This document shows positions 24,801-32,535 of a DNA stretch of 34,145 nt, in pieces. The stretch is from a virus (lineage: Duplodnaviria > Caudoviricetes): the IMG/VR virus record IMGVR_UViG_3300010362_000061, positions 1 through 34,145 of that record. One strand, 5' to 3'. Made by a program: the position numbers and the translations under genes. The notes under the pieces were generated by a model, which was not told where the DNA came from, searched no databases, and worked only from the letters and a program-made list of their open reading frames with translations. Every line of letters starts with the position of its first letter. The first letter of the stretch is position 1.

Positions 24801-27800
24801 GGTGATCTTCCCGCTCTCGTGGCTCCGGAGTTCGCGCAGCGAGGGGCGCCGGTCCTCGAAGTCGCGGGACTCGCGGGTGGGCGCCGGTCCCTGGTACTCC
24901 GGCCCCTTCCCGGGGCGTCCGGGGCGGGCCATCCCGAGGAGGTCGCCGTCCGCCCCGTCGCCACCGACGACGCCCCGCGAGGGGAACCGCTGGCGGAACC
25001 ACCGGGAGAACCGCGCCTGGAGGGAGGTGTCGTAGCCGCCGGGGAGGAAGTGGCCCATCTCGTGGGCCAGGACCCCCATCGCCTCGGACTCGGTCATCTG
25101 GCCCCGGCGCAGCGCGTCCAGGAAGCCCTGGGTCACCAGGATGTAGTGGCCCCCCTCGACGTCCCGGATCGCCCCGGCGTTGATGACCGCCTCGCCCTGG
25201 TCGAGGACGATCTCGGGCAGGGCGTCGTCCGCGAACCCGAGGAACCGGGAGAGCCGGTCGGCCGTCTCCTGGAGCCCGACCAGGCTCCCGGGCGAGGCCC
25301 CGCTGCGGTACTCGCTCCCCCGGTAGGCGCCGGTCTGCACCGCGCGGGCGCTGACCAGGTCGGCGGCGTGCTCCATCCGGCGGGCCGGACCCATCCCGGC
25401 CCCGGACACGGCGTCCACCAGGAGCCGCTGGGCGGCGTCCCAGACCTCGTTCGGGTGGGCCTGCTGGGCGATCAGCGTCCGCACCTCGTCGGCGTACAGC
25501 CCCCCGCCCATGACCCGCCGGAGGTCGCCCAGCGCCCGCCACTCCTCGGGAGTCGCGTCGACGCCTCGCAGGAAGTCCAGGAGGGCCGGCGTCTTGACCA
25601 GTTCCCCCTCCGGGGTGGCGTCGGCCGCCGCCAGCATCATCGCCCGCACCCGGTTGGCGAAGTCCGGGTGGGTGGCGAACAACTCGGGGCGCAGCTTGCC
25701 CTGCTCGGCCAGCCGCACCAGGGCCAGCGAGCCCCCGTAGCGCCCGGCCCCGAGGGCGAGCGAGCCCCCCGCCGCCCCGAGGGCGATGCGCTTGGCCCGC
25801 TCCTCGGGGGTGGCGTCCGGCCCGGCGCTCAGCCCCCCGGCGGCGCCCCCGGCCAGCGCCCCGACTCCCGCCGACCGGCGGGCGCCCAGGCCCGCCCGCC
25901 ACAGGAACTCCTCCCGGTCTTCCGGGTGCAGCCCGCCCGTGGCGCGGACGTTCGCCCGCTCGGGGCCGAGGTCGAGCGGCCCCTCGGCGTCCTCCAGCCT
26001 CGGGCTGTCCAGGGCGAAGGGTCGGTTGGTGGGGTGGACCGGGCGCTCGTGGGGCAGGGGTCCCTCCGCGCCGGGCAGGATCGGCCCGACCTCTTCGATG
26101 GGCCGGGGCTGCAAGGGCGAGCCCCGCTCGGCGGCCCAGTCGCCCAGGGCCTCGTCCAGGCCCGACTTCCGGACGGTGGCCTCGTTCCCGAGGCGACCGA
26201 GGAGGTCGGAGAACTCGTCGTCGGAGAGGCCCCGCAGGTAGGGGAGGTCGATCCCCTCCAGGAGGTCGCGGTGGGCACCCACCTGTCGCTGGAGGGCCTC
26301 CCAGCGCAGACCGCCCCGGTCGGGGGGCTGCCCGCCCCGCGGGGGCAGGACGCCCTGCATCCCCCCCGGCATCCCGCCCTGCGGGGGCAACTCGTTCTCG
26401 TCGGCGGCCCGCCGGAACAGGTCGGTCAGGCGGGCGTCCTCGTCCGGGGTCAGCCCCTCCGTGAGCGACTTGTTGGAGAGCCGAGTCATCTCCGCCTCGT
26501 CGGCGGGGGAGAGGGGCGGCCCCTTCGGCCGGGGGGCGGGCGGGACGGCGCCCTGGCCGGGGGCCTCTGGTGGTGGTGACCCCTCACCCCGGCGGCGCCG
26601 CCCGAACTCGGCCTGCCACTCCGAGAGGGGCATCTGGGCGATCCGCTCGTCGGAGAGGTCGGAGACGTCGATCCCGGCCTCGGCCGCCGATTGCCGGCGC
26701 CGGGCCACCCGCGCGGCCAACTCCCCGGGGGAGAGGGGCTGGCCGGACGCCCCCCACGTCGGCGTCTGGTGTTCGGCCTCCAGCATCGCCCGCTCGAAGT
26801 CCTCGTGGGACATCGTCCCGAGTTCCTCGTCGGTGAGGTGGTTGAGGTCGTGCCCCCGCTCCCGGGCGAACTGGCGTCGGAAGGCCCCGTACTCTGGCAC
26901 GTCGTCCGGTACCCCCTCCTGGGATGGTGGCCCCGGCTCGGGGGCGGCGGGCTGCCCCGCGGACGGGGGCGGCGGCTCACCCCCGTGCTGGCGTTTCCAC
27001 TCCTCATAGGCTGCCTCTTCCCGGGGACGAAGCGCCTCCTCGATCTCGTCGGGGGTCATGTCCTCGGGGTTGAGCCCGCGCTCGCGGAGGTACGACCGGG
27101 AGGCTTCTCCCATGAGCGGGGGTTGCTTCGGCGGGCCGCCCCCGAACGGGCGCGTCGCCGTCCCGCCGGGTTGCTCCGGCGCCCCGCCCATCTCCCGGGA
27201 GGGAATCCCGTACTCGGGGCGGTTCCGGAACCCCTGGAAGGGGTGCCACTGCCCGTCGTCGCCGTAGATTTCGACGTGCCGGTTGGGGACGGACTGGAGC
27301 GTGCGACCGGCCTGGTCGACCGTCGCCAGGTCGTCCCGGAACCGGAGGGTGCCCACCCTCCGGGGGTTCTCCGTTCCCGCGGGGAGCGAGGCTTCTCCCC
27401 TGAGGTACGTGTCGGAGGCCGCGAGGGACGGCTCCAAGCGGGCCTCCAGTCCCGGGGGCACCCCGCCCCACTTCTCGACCAGGCCCATCAGCCGGTCGTC
27501 TACCCCGACGTAGCGGTAGCCCGGCTCCCCGGGGGTAGAGGCGGCGCTGCTGGGCAGCACCCGCCCCAGGAGTTCCCCGTCCCGGCCGGGGGCGCGGAAT
27601 CCGGCGGCCTCCCCGATCCGTCCGACCGCTTCTCCCACCCGCTGCGCCCCGGGGACGACGAAGCGGCGCGCGGCGGCTCCAGCCGCGGGGAGCGTCGCCG
27701 TGCCCAGTTCCCCGATCCCAGCCCCGACGGCGGCGCCCTGGGCCGCCTCCCCGAATACCTCGCCCGGCGGGGCCCCTTCCTCAATCGCCCCCTTAGCGCC

Positions 27801-28601
27801 AATGGCCCCGCCGAGGACGGCCCCGGCGGCGGGGAGGGCGCGGATGAGGTTGGGGGCTTGGCTCTCGATCCCGGTCTGGAGCGAGGACGCCACCCCTCCC
27901 GGCCCGGCGAGGGCGACCGCCCCCCTCGCCGCGGCCTGCTCCTCGGGGCTGCCCCCCTCCGCCTTGACGAACTCCCCGGCGAACTCCCCCGGCACCCGGT
28001 ACTGGGGCGGGACGAGGTAGCCCAACCCGCCCTCGACCTGGCGGCCCAGGTCGGTGGGCTCCGGCCCCTCGGGCCCCTGCCCGGTCAGCTTCCGGAGGGC
28101 CTCCCGCTCCTTCTCCTGGACGGCGACGGCGGCCTGCCGGGCGGACTCCGCGGTGTCCCCCGCCTCCTCCACGAGGCCCTGGCCGAACTCCGAGGCGCCT
28201 TGCCCTACCTCGGCGGCCTTCTCCCCCACCGCCCCGAGGGCTTGCCCCACCGGCCCCTGTTGGAACGCCTCCTGGGCCTGCTGGCGCTGGCGGTCGGCCG
28301 TCTCCTGGCGCTGGCGCTCCTCCTCTTGGCGCTGGGCGTCCCGGGCCTGCTGCTCCTGGGCGGCCTGCTGCTGCTGCTGGCGCAGGGCCTCCATCTGCTG
28401 GGCGAGGTACTCCTGGGCCTGCCGGGCGAGGTCGTCCTTCGCCTGCTGGGCCTGCTGGGCCGCCTGGTCGATCTGCTCCCCGGCGGCGCCGAGGGCCTCT
28501 TGTCCAGCCGACTGGACGCCCCCGATGGTGTCCGACAGGCGGCGCTTGGCCTGCTCCTCCAGATCAGCCAGCCACTCCTTGCGCGGAATGAAGGTAACCA
28601 T
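21846..28601 (-). CDS. Giant internal virion / ejection-like polyvalent protein (2251 aa) with zincin HExxH motif
   Basis: Cys-free, A/E/G/P/R-rich; GVLAHEMGH at 25050-25076; C-terminal region (ATFRND...IMPILKTSYNI...GVITGSGP...GWRPHSVLIGDRYYAYDRL) resembles the C-terminal domain of large podoviral internal virion proteins; SD AGGAG. Confidence 0.75.
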   Translation of the reverse strand: MVTFIPRKEWLADLEEQAKRRLSDTIGGVQSAGQEALGAAGEQIDQAAQQAQQAKDDLARQAQEYLAQQMEALRQQQQQAAQEQQARDAQRQEEERQRQETADRQRQQAQEAFQQGPVGQALGAVGEKAAEVGQGASEFGQGLVEEAGDTAESARQAAVAVQEKEREALRKLTGQGPEGPEPTDLGRQVEGGLGYLVPPQYRVPGEFAGEFVKAEGGSPEEQAAARGAVALAGPGGVASSLQTGIESQAPNLIRALPAAGAVLGGAIGAKGAIEEGAPPGEVFGEAAQGAAVGAGIGELGTATLPAAGAAARRFVVPGAQRVGEAVGRIGEAAGFRAPGRDGELLGRVLPSSAASTPGEPGYRYVGVDDRLMGLVEKWGGVPPGLEARLEPSLAASDTYLRGEASLPAGTENPRRVGTLRFRDDLATVDQAGRTLQSVPNRHVEIYGDDGQWHPFQGFRNRPEYGIPSREMGGAPEQPGGTATRPFGGGPPKQPPLMGEASRSYLRERGLNPEDMTPDEIEEALRPREEAAYEEWKRQHGGEPPPPSAGQPAAPEPGPPSQEGVPDDVPEYGAFRRQFARERGHDLNHLTDEELGTMSHEDFERAMLEAEHQTPTWGASGQPLSPGELAARVARRRQSAAEAGIDVSDLSDERIAQMPLSEWQAEFGRRRRGEGSPPPEAPGQGAVPPAPRPKGPPLSPADEAEMTRLSNKSLTEGLTPDEDARLTDLFRRAADENELPPQGGMPGGMQGVLPPRGGQPPDRGGLRWEALQRQVGAHRDLLEGIDLPYLRGLSDDEFSDLLGRLGNEATVRKSGLDEALGDWAAERGSPLQPRPIEEVGPILPGAEGPLPHERPVHPTNRPFALDSPRLEDAEGPLDLGPERANVRATGGLHPEDREEFLWRAGLGARRSAGVGALAGGAAGGLSAGPDATPEERAKRIALGAAGGSLALGAGRYGGSLALVRLAEQGKLRPELFATHPDFANRVRAMMLAAADATPEGELVKTPALLDFLRGVDATPEEWRALGDLRRVMGGGLYADEVRTLIAQQAHPNEVWDAAQRLLVDAVSGAGMGPARRMEHAADLVSARAVQTGAYRGSEYRSGASPGSLVGLQETADRLSRFLGFADDALPEIVLDQGEAVINAGAIRDVEGGHYILVTQGFLDALRRGQMTESEAMGVLAHEMGHFLPGGYDTSLQARFSRWFRQRFPSRGVVGGDGADGDLLGMARPGRPGKGPEYQGPAPTRESRDFEDRRPSLRELRSHESGKITGLEAQQAIAAAMRAARGKSAEDQEIANAYVEFVKDLIPPGREQQIQVELERIRRSHTPEEYDAAVAKLRGMAPEAEAVGDLGPGLGEGLGPGEGGAGGPPPPATPEAPPAAPDEGPPERRPMPPKPEGERTPRQLTPEQEAARNAEIDRREALREEARQARARVREAERLATEADRAELRARTADEIAAAREAKAAARKALREAEQQAREAERGANAAWANASRASEGQMPLDIAAMEGTGAQTSLPEEAPPSTPEAEAFTARQAARERARTEALAQREGEIQTRLGEPVPPEQAERPLQPLPGRPELPVDTPGELPFREGLPPLTPEQQEIADRLAAAEATRGPRPYRKQPNDVGPMDFAQAARYSGLLSRPRGMIQDYLSGPSEMGWKLARDLVTETTGKVTGRGGHPSAVAAEAAAMLDSLSREGWSIFDAERRKALPAGRPTPRTVAKELREREDRIARMIQERIASGDSAEDAAAAAQRAVPMPEGADESGVITALVKNGPTAPGESEVGRGLVRRLQDEHDRKIAAGQPWNAGDKVRMFVGDKLEWVGRIRSASDAANAHVVNRMERSRQAARQVAEEGGNPLRGAGRRRAMELEAQTGTTAAEQAKTEAELATFRNDPGDFGNRLAVVARHPIGNLIMPILKTSYNITRRGIERTPGAGLVAMGAEGLANAAKGKGFTVERAGEKLADQALGMAIFLKASDMATQGVITGSGPDDQRTRDILQAQGWRPHSVLIGDRYYAYDRLPGPIAWPLALAAAWGEANLYHKPDEEFSQIAGDAAGNFGRWGSDQLFVRSFADLYNALQNSDTKAPGWAANLATSFGSYLTGGLGQAVESARDPYQRETDGLEALTFRVPGQRQNLPERRDLFDNPIPNPEHGWGVLSPVTWGPSMNDIEDKQRSLRRYRGSESAAEDYRISQAVRQMEDWIDAGRPAALRPGEEAEDLYHRFRSRENPEYDRVLEAARASKEKRDLELAQAR
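28502..28517. repeat. Dispersed 16-bp palindrome copy (GTCCAGCCGACTGGAC)
   Basis: One mismatch to consensus; read in a different codon phase (VQSAG) from the other coding copies. Confidence 0.75.
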
Positions 28602-28602
28602 C

Positions 28603-29526
28603 TCAGACTCCTAGCGCGTTCGGCCCGGTGGGTGGGGGCAGACCCGCCTCCGGCCCCGGGGAAAGAGTCGGGGCCGGAGGCGAGGCCGGCTGAGAGAGGG
28701 GAGGTGGCTGTCCTTGGGGCGGCGGGGCCTGGGGCTGGCCGACCGTGTCCGGGAGCCGGTAGGGCTCCACCTCCGTGCGGTACAGGTCCATGAACGACCG
28801 CACCCCCCAGGGGACGCGGTTCCCGTCCGGCGCCTTGGGGGCCATCCGGTCCAGGAGGACCTGGCGGAAGGTGGGATCGTCCCAATGCCGCCTGACGTAC
28901 CCGCCCAAGGCGGCCTTGGTGGGCTGCACCGTGCCGGCCGGGCCGTTGGGGAACAACTCCCCCGCGAGGCGCTTGGCGTTCTCCTGGAGTTCCCCGGCGA
29001 GTTGGCTGGCGGCCCGGTCGAGGGGGTGCTCCATCGTGGAGCCCCGCCGGGGACGGGCGCCCTGGCCCAGGTGCTCGCTCTCGGCCGAGGTCTGGCGGGC
29101 GAGTTCGGCCTCCTGGGCGATCCTGGCCTGCTCGGCCTGGACGTCGGGGGGCACGGCGGGGACGGGGGCCATGTCCCCGGGGACCGGCATCGGCGGGGGC
29201 GCCCCGCCCGGGGGCGGCATGGGCAGCGGCGCCGCGAAGCTGGGGCCGGGCAGACCCGGGAGCCCGGCGGGCGCGGACGGCCCCGGCCCCGGGGGTTGCG
29301 CCGGGGCCGGGGCTAACCCCTCAACGGGGGGCGGCCCCTGGGGGATCGGGGGCTGGGGGACGTCGACCGGGGAGCCGGGCGGGGCGGTGGGCGGGGCGGG
29401 GGGCGCCGGGGCCAGTCCCGCCTGGACCGGGAGGCGGACGTGCTGGCGGGCGAGGTCGGCCAGGAGCGCCTCAAGCTGCTGCTGCTCCAGGGGCGTCAGC
29501 GGGGGCCGGGCGGCCGGGTCGGTCAC
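28603..29526 (-). CDS. Proline-rich hypothetical protein (307 aa)
   Basis: Fills the gap between portal and giant protein; Pro-rich ends around a helical core. Confidence 0.75.
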   Translation of the reverse strand: MTDPAARPPLTPLEQQQLEALLADLARQHVRLPVQAGLAPAPPAPPTAPPGSPVDVPQPPIPQGPPPVEGLAPAPAQPPGPGPSAPAGLPGLPGPSFAAPLPMPPPGGAPPPMPVPGDMAPVPAVPPDVQAEQARIAQEAELARQTSAESEHLGQGARPRRGSTMEHPLDRAASQLAGELQENAKRLAGELFPNGPAGTVQPTKAALGGYVRRHWDDPTFRQVLLDRMAPKAPDGNRVPWGVRSFMDLYRTEVEPYRLPDTVGQPQAPPPQGQPPPLSQPASPPAPTLSPGPEAGLPPPTGPNALGV

Positions 29527-29530
29527 CCGC

Positions 29531-31669
29531 TCATCTCAATGGCTGCACGAGCCCGGCGGCGGCGGACTGCCCGGGGATGCTGGGCGCCCCGGGGACCCCG
29601 CCGGGAGTCCCGGGGGCGCCTTGCGCGGGGACCTCCGTGGCCCCGGCCAACTGGACGCCCTCGGCGCCCACCCCGTTCTGGGCCATGAGGAACTTCTGCA
29701 TGTCCGGAATCTGGGGGGTGCCCATCCCGCCCGGCGCGGTCCCGATCCCGCCTGGCGCCCCCCCGGCCCCGTTCATCGGCGGGGGCAGCCCGGGTGCCCC
29801 GGCGGCGGCCAGTTGCTCCGCCTGCTGGGCCTCCTGGGACTGCTGGATCAGGTCGCCCTGGCCCACCTCGGCCAGGACGTACGCCTGCTCGTACTGCTGG
29901 TACCAGTCCGACTGGCGCATCCGGTCGAGGGCGATCCCGTAGCGCACCTCGTCCGGGTTCCGGTTCTGGGCCTCGATGGCCTGGTCCATGCTCTCGAACC
30001 CGGCCTTGACCTGCTCGACGTGGTAGCGGCTCTCGATCAGGGCGGCGCTGGGGAGGGTCGGGTCCAGCTTCCAGGCGAGGCGCACGTCGGCCTTGAGGTC
30101 GTCCGGCCCCAGGCCCTTCCAGCCGCTGCGCTCGCCCGTGGCGTAGACCCAGACCTTCTCCCGGACCTTGGTCCTGACCAGGTGCCAGCAGAAGCGGGTC
30201 ACCTCGTCCAGCAGCCGCTCGATGCTCTGGCCGATGGGGTCGTACCTGATCCTCGCCTCGGCCAGCACCTGGTTGATGGCGAACCCGCTGGCCTCGATCC
30301 CCCCGAGGTTGCTCTCAATGCGGGGGATCGACAGCTTGTCAATCGCCTCCGTCACCAGGGTGATCTGCTCCCGCAGCGACGGCGCGACCTGGGGGAACTG
30401 CCACGGCGTCCGCTTGGTGCCCGGCGCCCCGTAGTACATCCGACCGATCTGGTACTGCTCGGTGGTGCGGGGTCGGCCGTCGTCGCCCCGGATGGGGGCC
30501 GCCCCGTCCGGCACCTCCACGTCCACCGGGGGCAGGGTGTCCCGGGCGGCCTGCTGGGCGTGGATCGTCCACAAGTAGCTGCGGTACTCGACCAGCCACC
30601 GCTTCGTCTCGGAGACGGACCAGCCCACCTTGCGGTTGCGCCACCAGCCCATGAACAGGCCCGGCGCGAAGAAGTACGGGTGCCGCCCGTAGCCGTGCTT
30701 CCACTGCTGGACGATGCGCCCGTTGTACCCGTGCGTCGCGTGGTTCCCGCAGACGTAGTAGGTACACCAGGTGTCGTCCCAGTGCTCCAGGAACTCGACC
30801 GACCCGGAGGGGTAGTCGCTCCAGACCAGCGACCCCCCGCCGGCCTGGGTGGCCTCGATCTGGGGGTTGCGCTCGGCGTACTCGGCGGCGCAGATCATCC
30901 CCTCCTGGTCGAGGCCCAGGGCGTACTTGCGGAAGGTGGCGTTGATGGGCCGGGTGGTGACCTCCAGCACCTCCCCGATCTCGTTGCCGTAGAAGACCGG
31001 GTAGACGGTGCGGATGTCGGGGCAGACCCAGCGGAAGGGCGGCCCCGACCCCTTCTTGGCGTCCTCGGCGGCCTGGACGTACGCCTCCCCGTCGTACCCG
31101 GCCCGGCTGGTCTTGGGCTTGCGCCCCTCGGGCTTGTTGTCCGCCCGGGCGGCCGCCTCCTCCTCGGACAGGGGCGTCTCGTCGGCGGGGTCGTACTGGT
31201 CGTACCCGGAGAGGCGCAGGGCGTAGCGTTCGTCCCACAGGTCGCGGGCGAAGGTGAACTTGGTGACCCCCCCGCCGTCCGCCACCACCGCGTCGGCCAG
31301 CCGGTTGAGGGTGTCCGGCCCGGGCTCCCGGCTCCCGGCGACGCGGAGCACCTCCTCGGTCCAGTGCTCCCGGTCGGTGGCGTTGCGCTTGAGGCTCTCG
31401 ACCCCCTCCCGCCCGGGGGTCACCGTCAGGTGGGGGGGCTGGTTGACCAGGGTCGCCACGACCCGCTGGCACTCGTCCGCGACGGTGGGGTCCCTGATCT
31501 CAATCGGGACGAGGCGCAACTCCGGGGGCACCGGCACCGCCCGCTGGAGGGTCCGCAGTTCCCGCAGCCGGTCGATCTGCTCATCTTGTTGTTGATACGA
31601 ATCACGAGTCTCCTCGCGAAGGTCGAGGAGATACTTCTCATCGGGCGGCTCTTTGGAGACGGTCGCCAT
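29531..31669 (-). CDS. Portal protein (712 aa)
   Basis: Position after terminase; size; WVCPDIRTVYP, VEFLEHWDDTW, WKHGYGRHPYF, ASGFAINQVLAEA motifs and Q/P/G-rich C-tail typical of podoviral portals; start ATG 31669 (MATVSKEPPDEKYLL) with SD AGGGGG. Confidence 0.8.
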   Translation of the reverse strand: MATVSKEPPDEKYLLDLREETRDSYQQQDEQIDRLRELRTLQRAVPVPPELRLVPIEIRDPTVADECQRVVATLVNQPPHLTVTPGREGVESLKRNATDREHWTEEVLRVAGSREPGPDTLNRLADAVVADGGGVTKFTFARDLWDERYALRLSGYDQYDPADETPLSEEEAAARADNKPEGRKPKTSRAGYDGEAYVQAAEDAKKGSGPPFRWVCPDIRTVYPVFYGNEIGEVLEVTTRPINATFRKYALGLDQEGMICAAEYAERNPQIEATQAGGGSLVWSDYPSGSVEFLEHWDDTWCTYYVCGNHATHGYNGRIVQQWKHGYGRHPYFFAPGLFMGWWRNRKVGWSVSETKRWLVEYRSYLWTIHAQQAARDTLPPVDVEVPDGAAPIRGDDGRPRTTEQYQIGRMYYGAPGTKRTPWQFPQVAPSLREQITLVTEAIDKLSIPRIESNLGGIEASGFAINQVLAEARIRYDPIGQSIERLLDEVTRFCWHLVRTKVREKVWVYATGERSGWKGLGPDDLKADVRLAWKLDPTLPSAALIESRYHVEQVKAGFESMDQAIEAQNRNPDEVRYGIALDRMRQSDWYQQYEQAYVLAEVGQGDLIQQSQEAQQAEQLAAAGAPGLPPPMNGAGGAPGGIGTAPGGMGTPQIPDMQKFLMAQNGVGAEGVQLAGATEVPAQGAPGTPGGVPGAPSIPGQSAAAGLVQPLR

Positions 31670-31752
31670 GATAGAGTCGCCCCCTACAGAGGTGACCCCC
31701 GCGCGGTTGGCGCCGCCGGGGGCTCGGCACCAGGAGTGGAGGCTCCGTGATG
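31669..31752 (+). promoter_or_regulatory. Extended -10 (TGATAGAGT) plus two-hairpin structured leader of the HNH gene
   Basis: CCCCCG-CG-CGG-TTGGCG-CCG-C-CGGGGG (31696-31722), then CGGCACC-AGGAG-N6-CTCC; homologous to 4481-4560. Confidence 0.7.
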
Positions 31753-32157
31753 CAAGCGCACTATACCTTCGTCCCCGGACCCTTCCGGGAGTACGGGATG
31801 TACCTCGCCAACGTCGCCCTGTTCTGGGCGCGTGTGGTCCCCGTCTCGGATGACCCGGACGGGTGCTGGGAGTGGACGGGAGGACGGGACGCCAAGACCG
31901 GCTACGGGAAATTCCGACTCCTCTACAGCGGACGACAGCCACACCTCTGGGCGCACCGGGTAGCGTACCTGCTCTCCCGAGGCGTCCTCCCCGAGGGGAG
32001 ACGGGTCCTGCACCGCTGCGACAACCCCCCGTGCTGCCGCCCCGACCACCTCTTCGTCGGCACCCAGCGGGATAACCTGCGAGACATGCTCGCCAAGGGG
32101 CGGGGACGCTGGGGACCGAACCGTCCGTCGCTGCAACGCCCGCCTCCACGCCCGTGA
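31750..32157 (+). CDS. Free-standing HNH endonuclease (HNH_3-like), 135 aa
   Basis: CWEWTG...GYGKF...AHRVAY...VLHRCDNPPCCRPDHLFVGTQRDNLRDMLAKGR; start ATG 31750 (GGAGG 7 nt upstream) or GTG 31747. Confidence 0.92.
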   Translation: MQAHYTFVPGPFREYGMYLANVALFWARVVPVSDDPDGCWEWTGGRDAKTGYGKFRLLYSGRQPHLWAHRVAYLLSRGVLPEGRRVLHRCDNPPCCRPDHLFVGTQRDNLRDMLAKGRGRWGPNRPSLQRPPPRP

Positions 32158-32166
32158 CCAGCGGTT

Positions 32167-32202
32167 GCGGCGCTCCCGGTGGGCGCGTAAGAGGGAGCCC
32201 GC
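32167..32202. terminator. Possible hairpin between convergent genes
   Basis: gcgg-c-gctccc...gggagc-ccgc stem in the gap between the HNH stop and the minus-strand ORF stop; no U-tract. Confidence 0.3.
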
Positions 32203-32219
32203 CTCCGACCAGGGGATGC

Positions 32220-32513
32220 TCACGGCTTCTCGGGGTGAGTCTCGTCCAGCCGGCTGGACGTGTCAAGCTGGCGAGACAACCGCTTGACGACCGCCTCGCT
32301 GACCCCGGTGCCGGCGACGCCGTGCTCCTGGTTGAAGCGGTGGTCGGAGCCCGGGGGGCCGTCGCCGTAGGTGTGGGCGTGCCAGCGCAGGCGCCAGCAG
32401 GCCCGCCCCTGGTGGACGGCGGCGTAGGCGAGGAGGAACTCGTGCCACTCCGGCCGGCTCGGGGCGGCGTACCGCCTCCGGAACTCATCCATCCAGGCCT
32501 CGTTGAGGAGCAC
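32220..32513 (-). CDS. Hypothetical protein (up to 97 aa)
   Basis: Fills the gap after terminase; start GTG 32513 or ATG 32492. Confidence 0.6.
   Translation of the reverse strand: MLLNEAWMDEFRRRYAAPSRPEWHEFLLAYAAVHQGRACWRLRWHAHTYGDGPPGSDHRFNQEHGVAGTGVSEAVVKRLSRQLDTSSRLDETHPEKP
32244..32277. repeat. Tandem pair of the 16-bp palindrome: perfect (32244-32259) and degenerate (GTCAAGCTGGCGAGAC, 32262-32277)
   Basis: Two copies separated by 2 bp. Confidence 0.85.
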
Positions 32514-32535
32514 GTCCTGCCACCTTACCCCGCCC

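Noticed and set aside
21846-28601. Tape measure protein
   Set aside because: No regular aromatic periodicity, no upstream tail tube or frameshifted chaperone pair, and located before the capsid gene
1278-32277. Palindromic repeats as a CRISPR array or REP/BIME elements
   Set aside because: Copies are kilobases apart with no spacer periodicity, mostly inside CDSs, and no cas or RAYT transposase gene is present
31670-32488. ORF-track N-terminal extension of the portal (985 aa), and similar extensions to 8335, 10632, 11120, 6704, 15928 and 16355
   Set aside because: They overlap other real genes and read as low-complexity junk; internal ATGs with SD or stop-start overlaps give coherent starts
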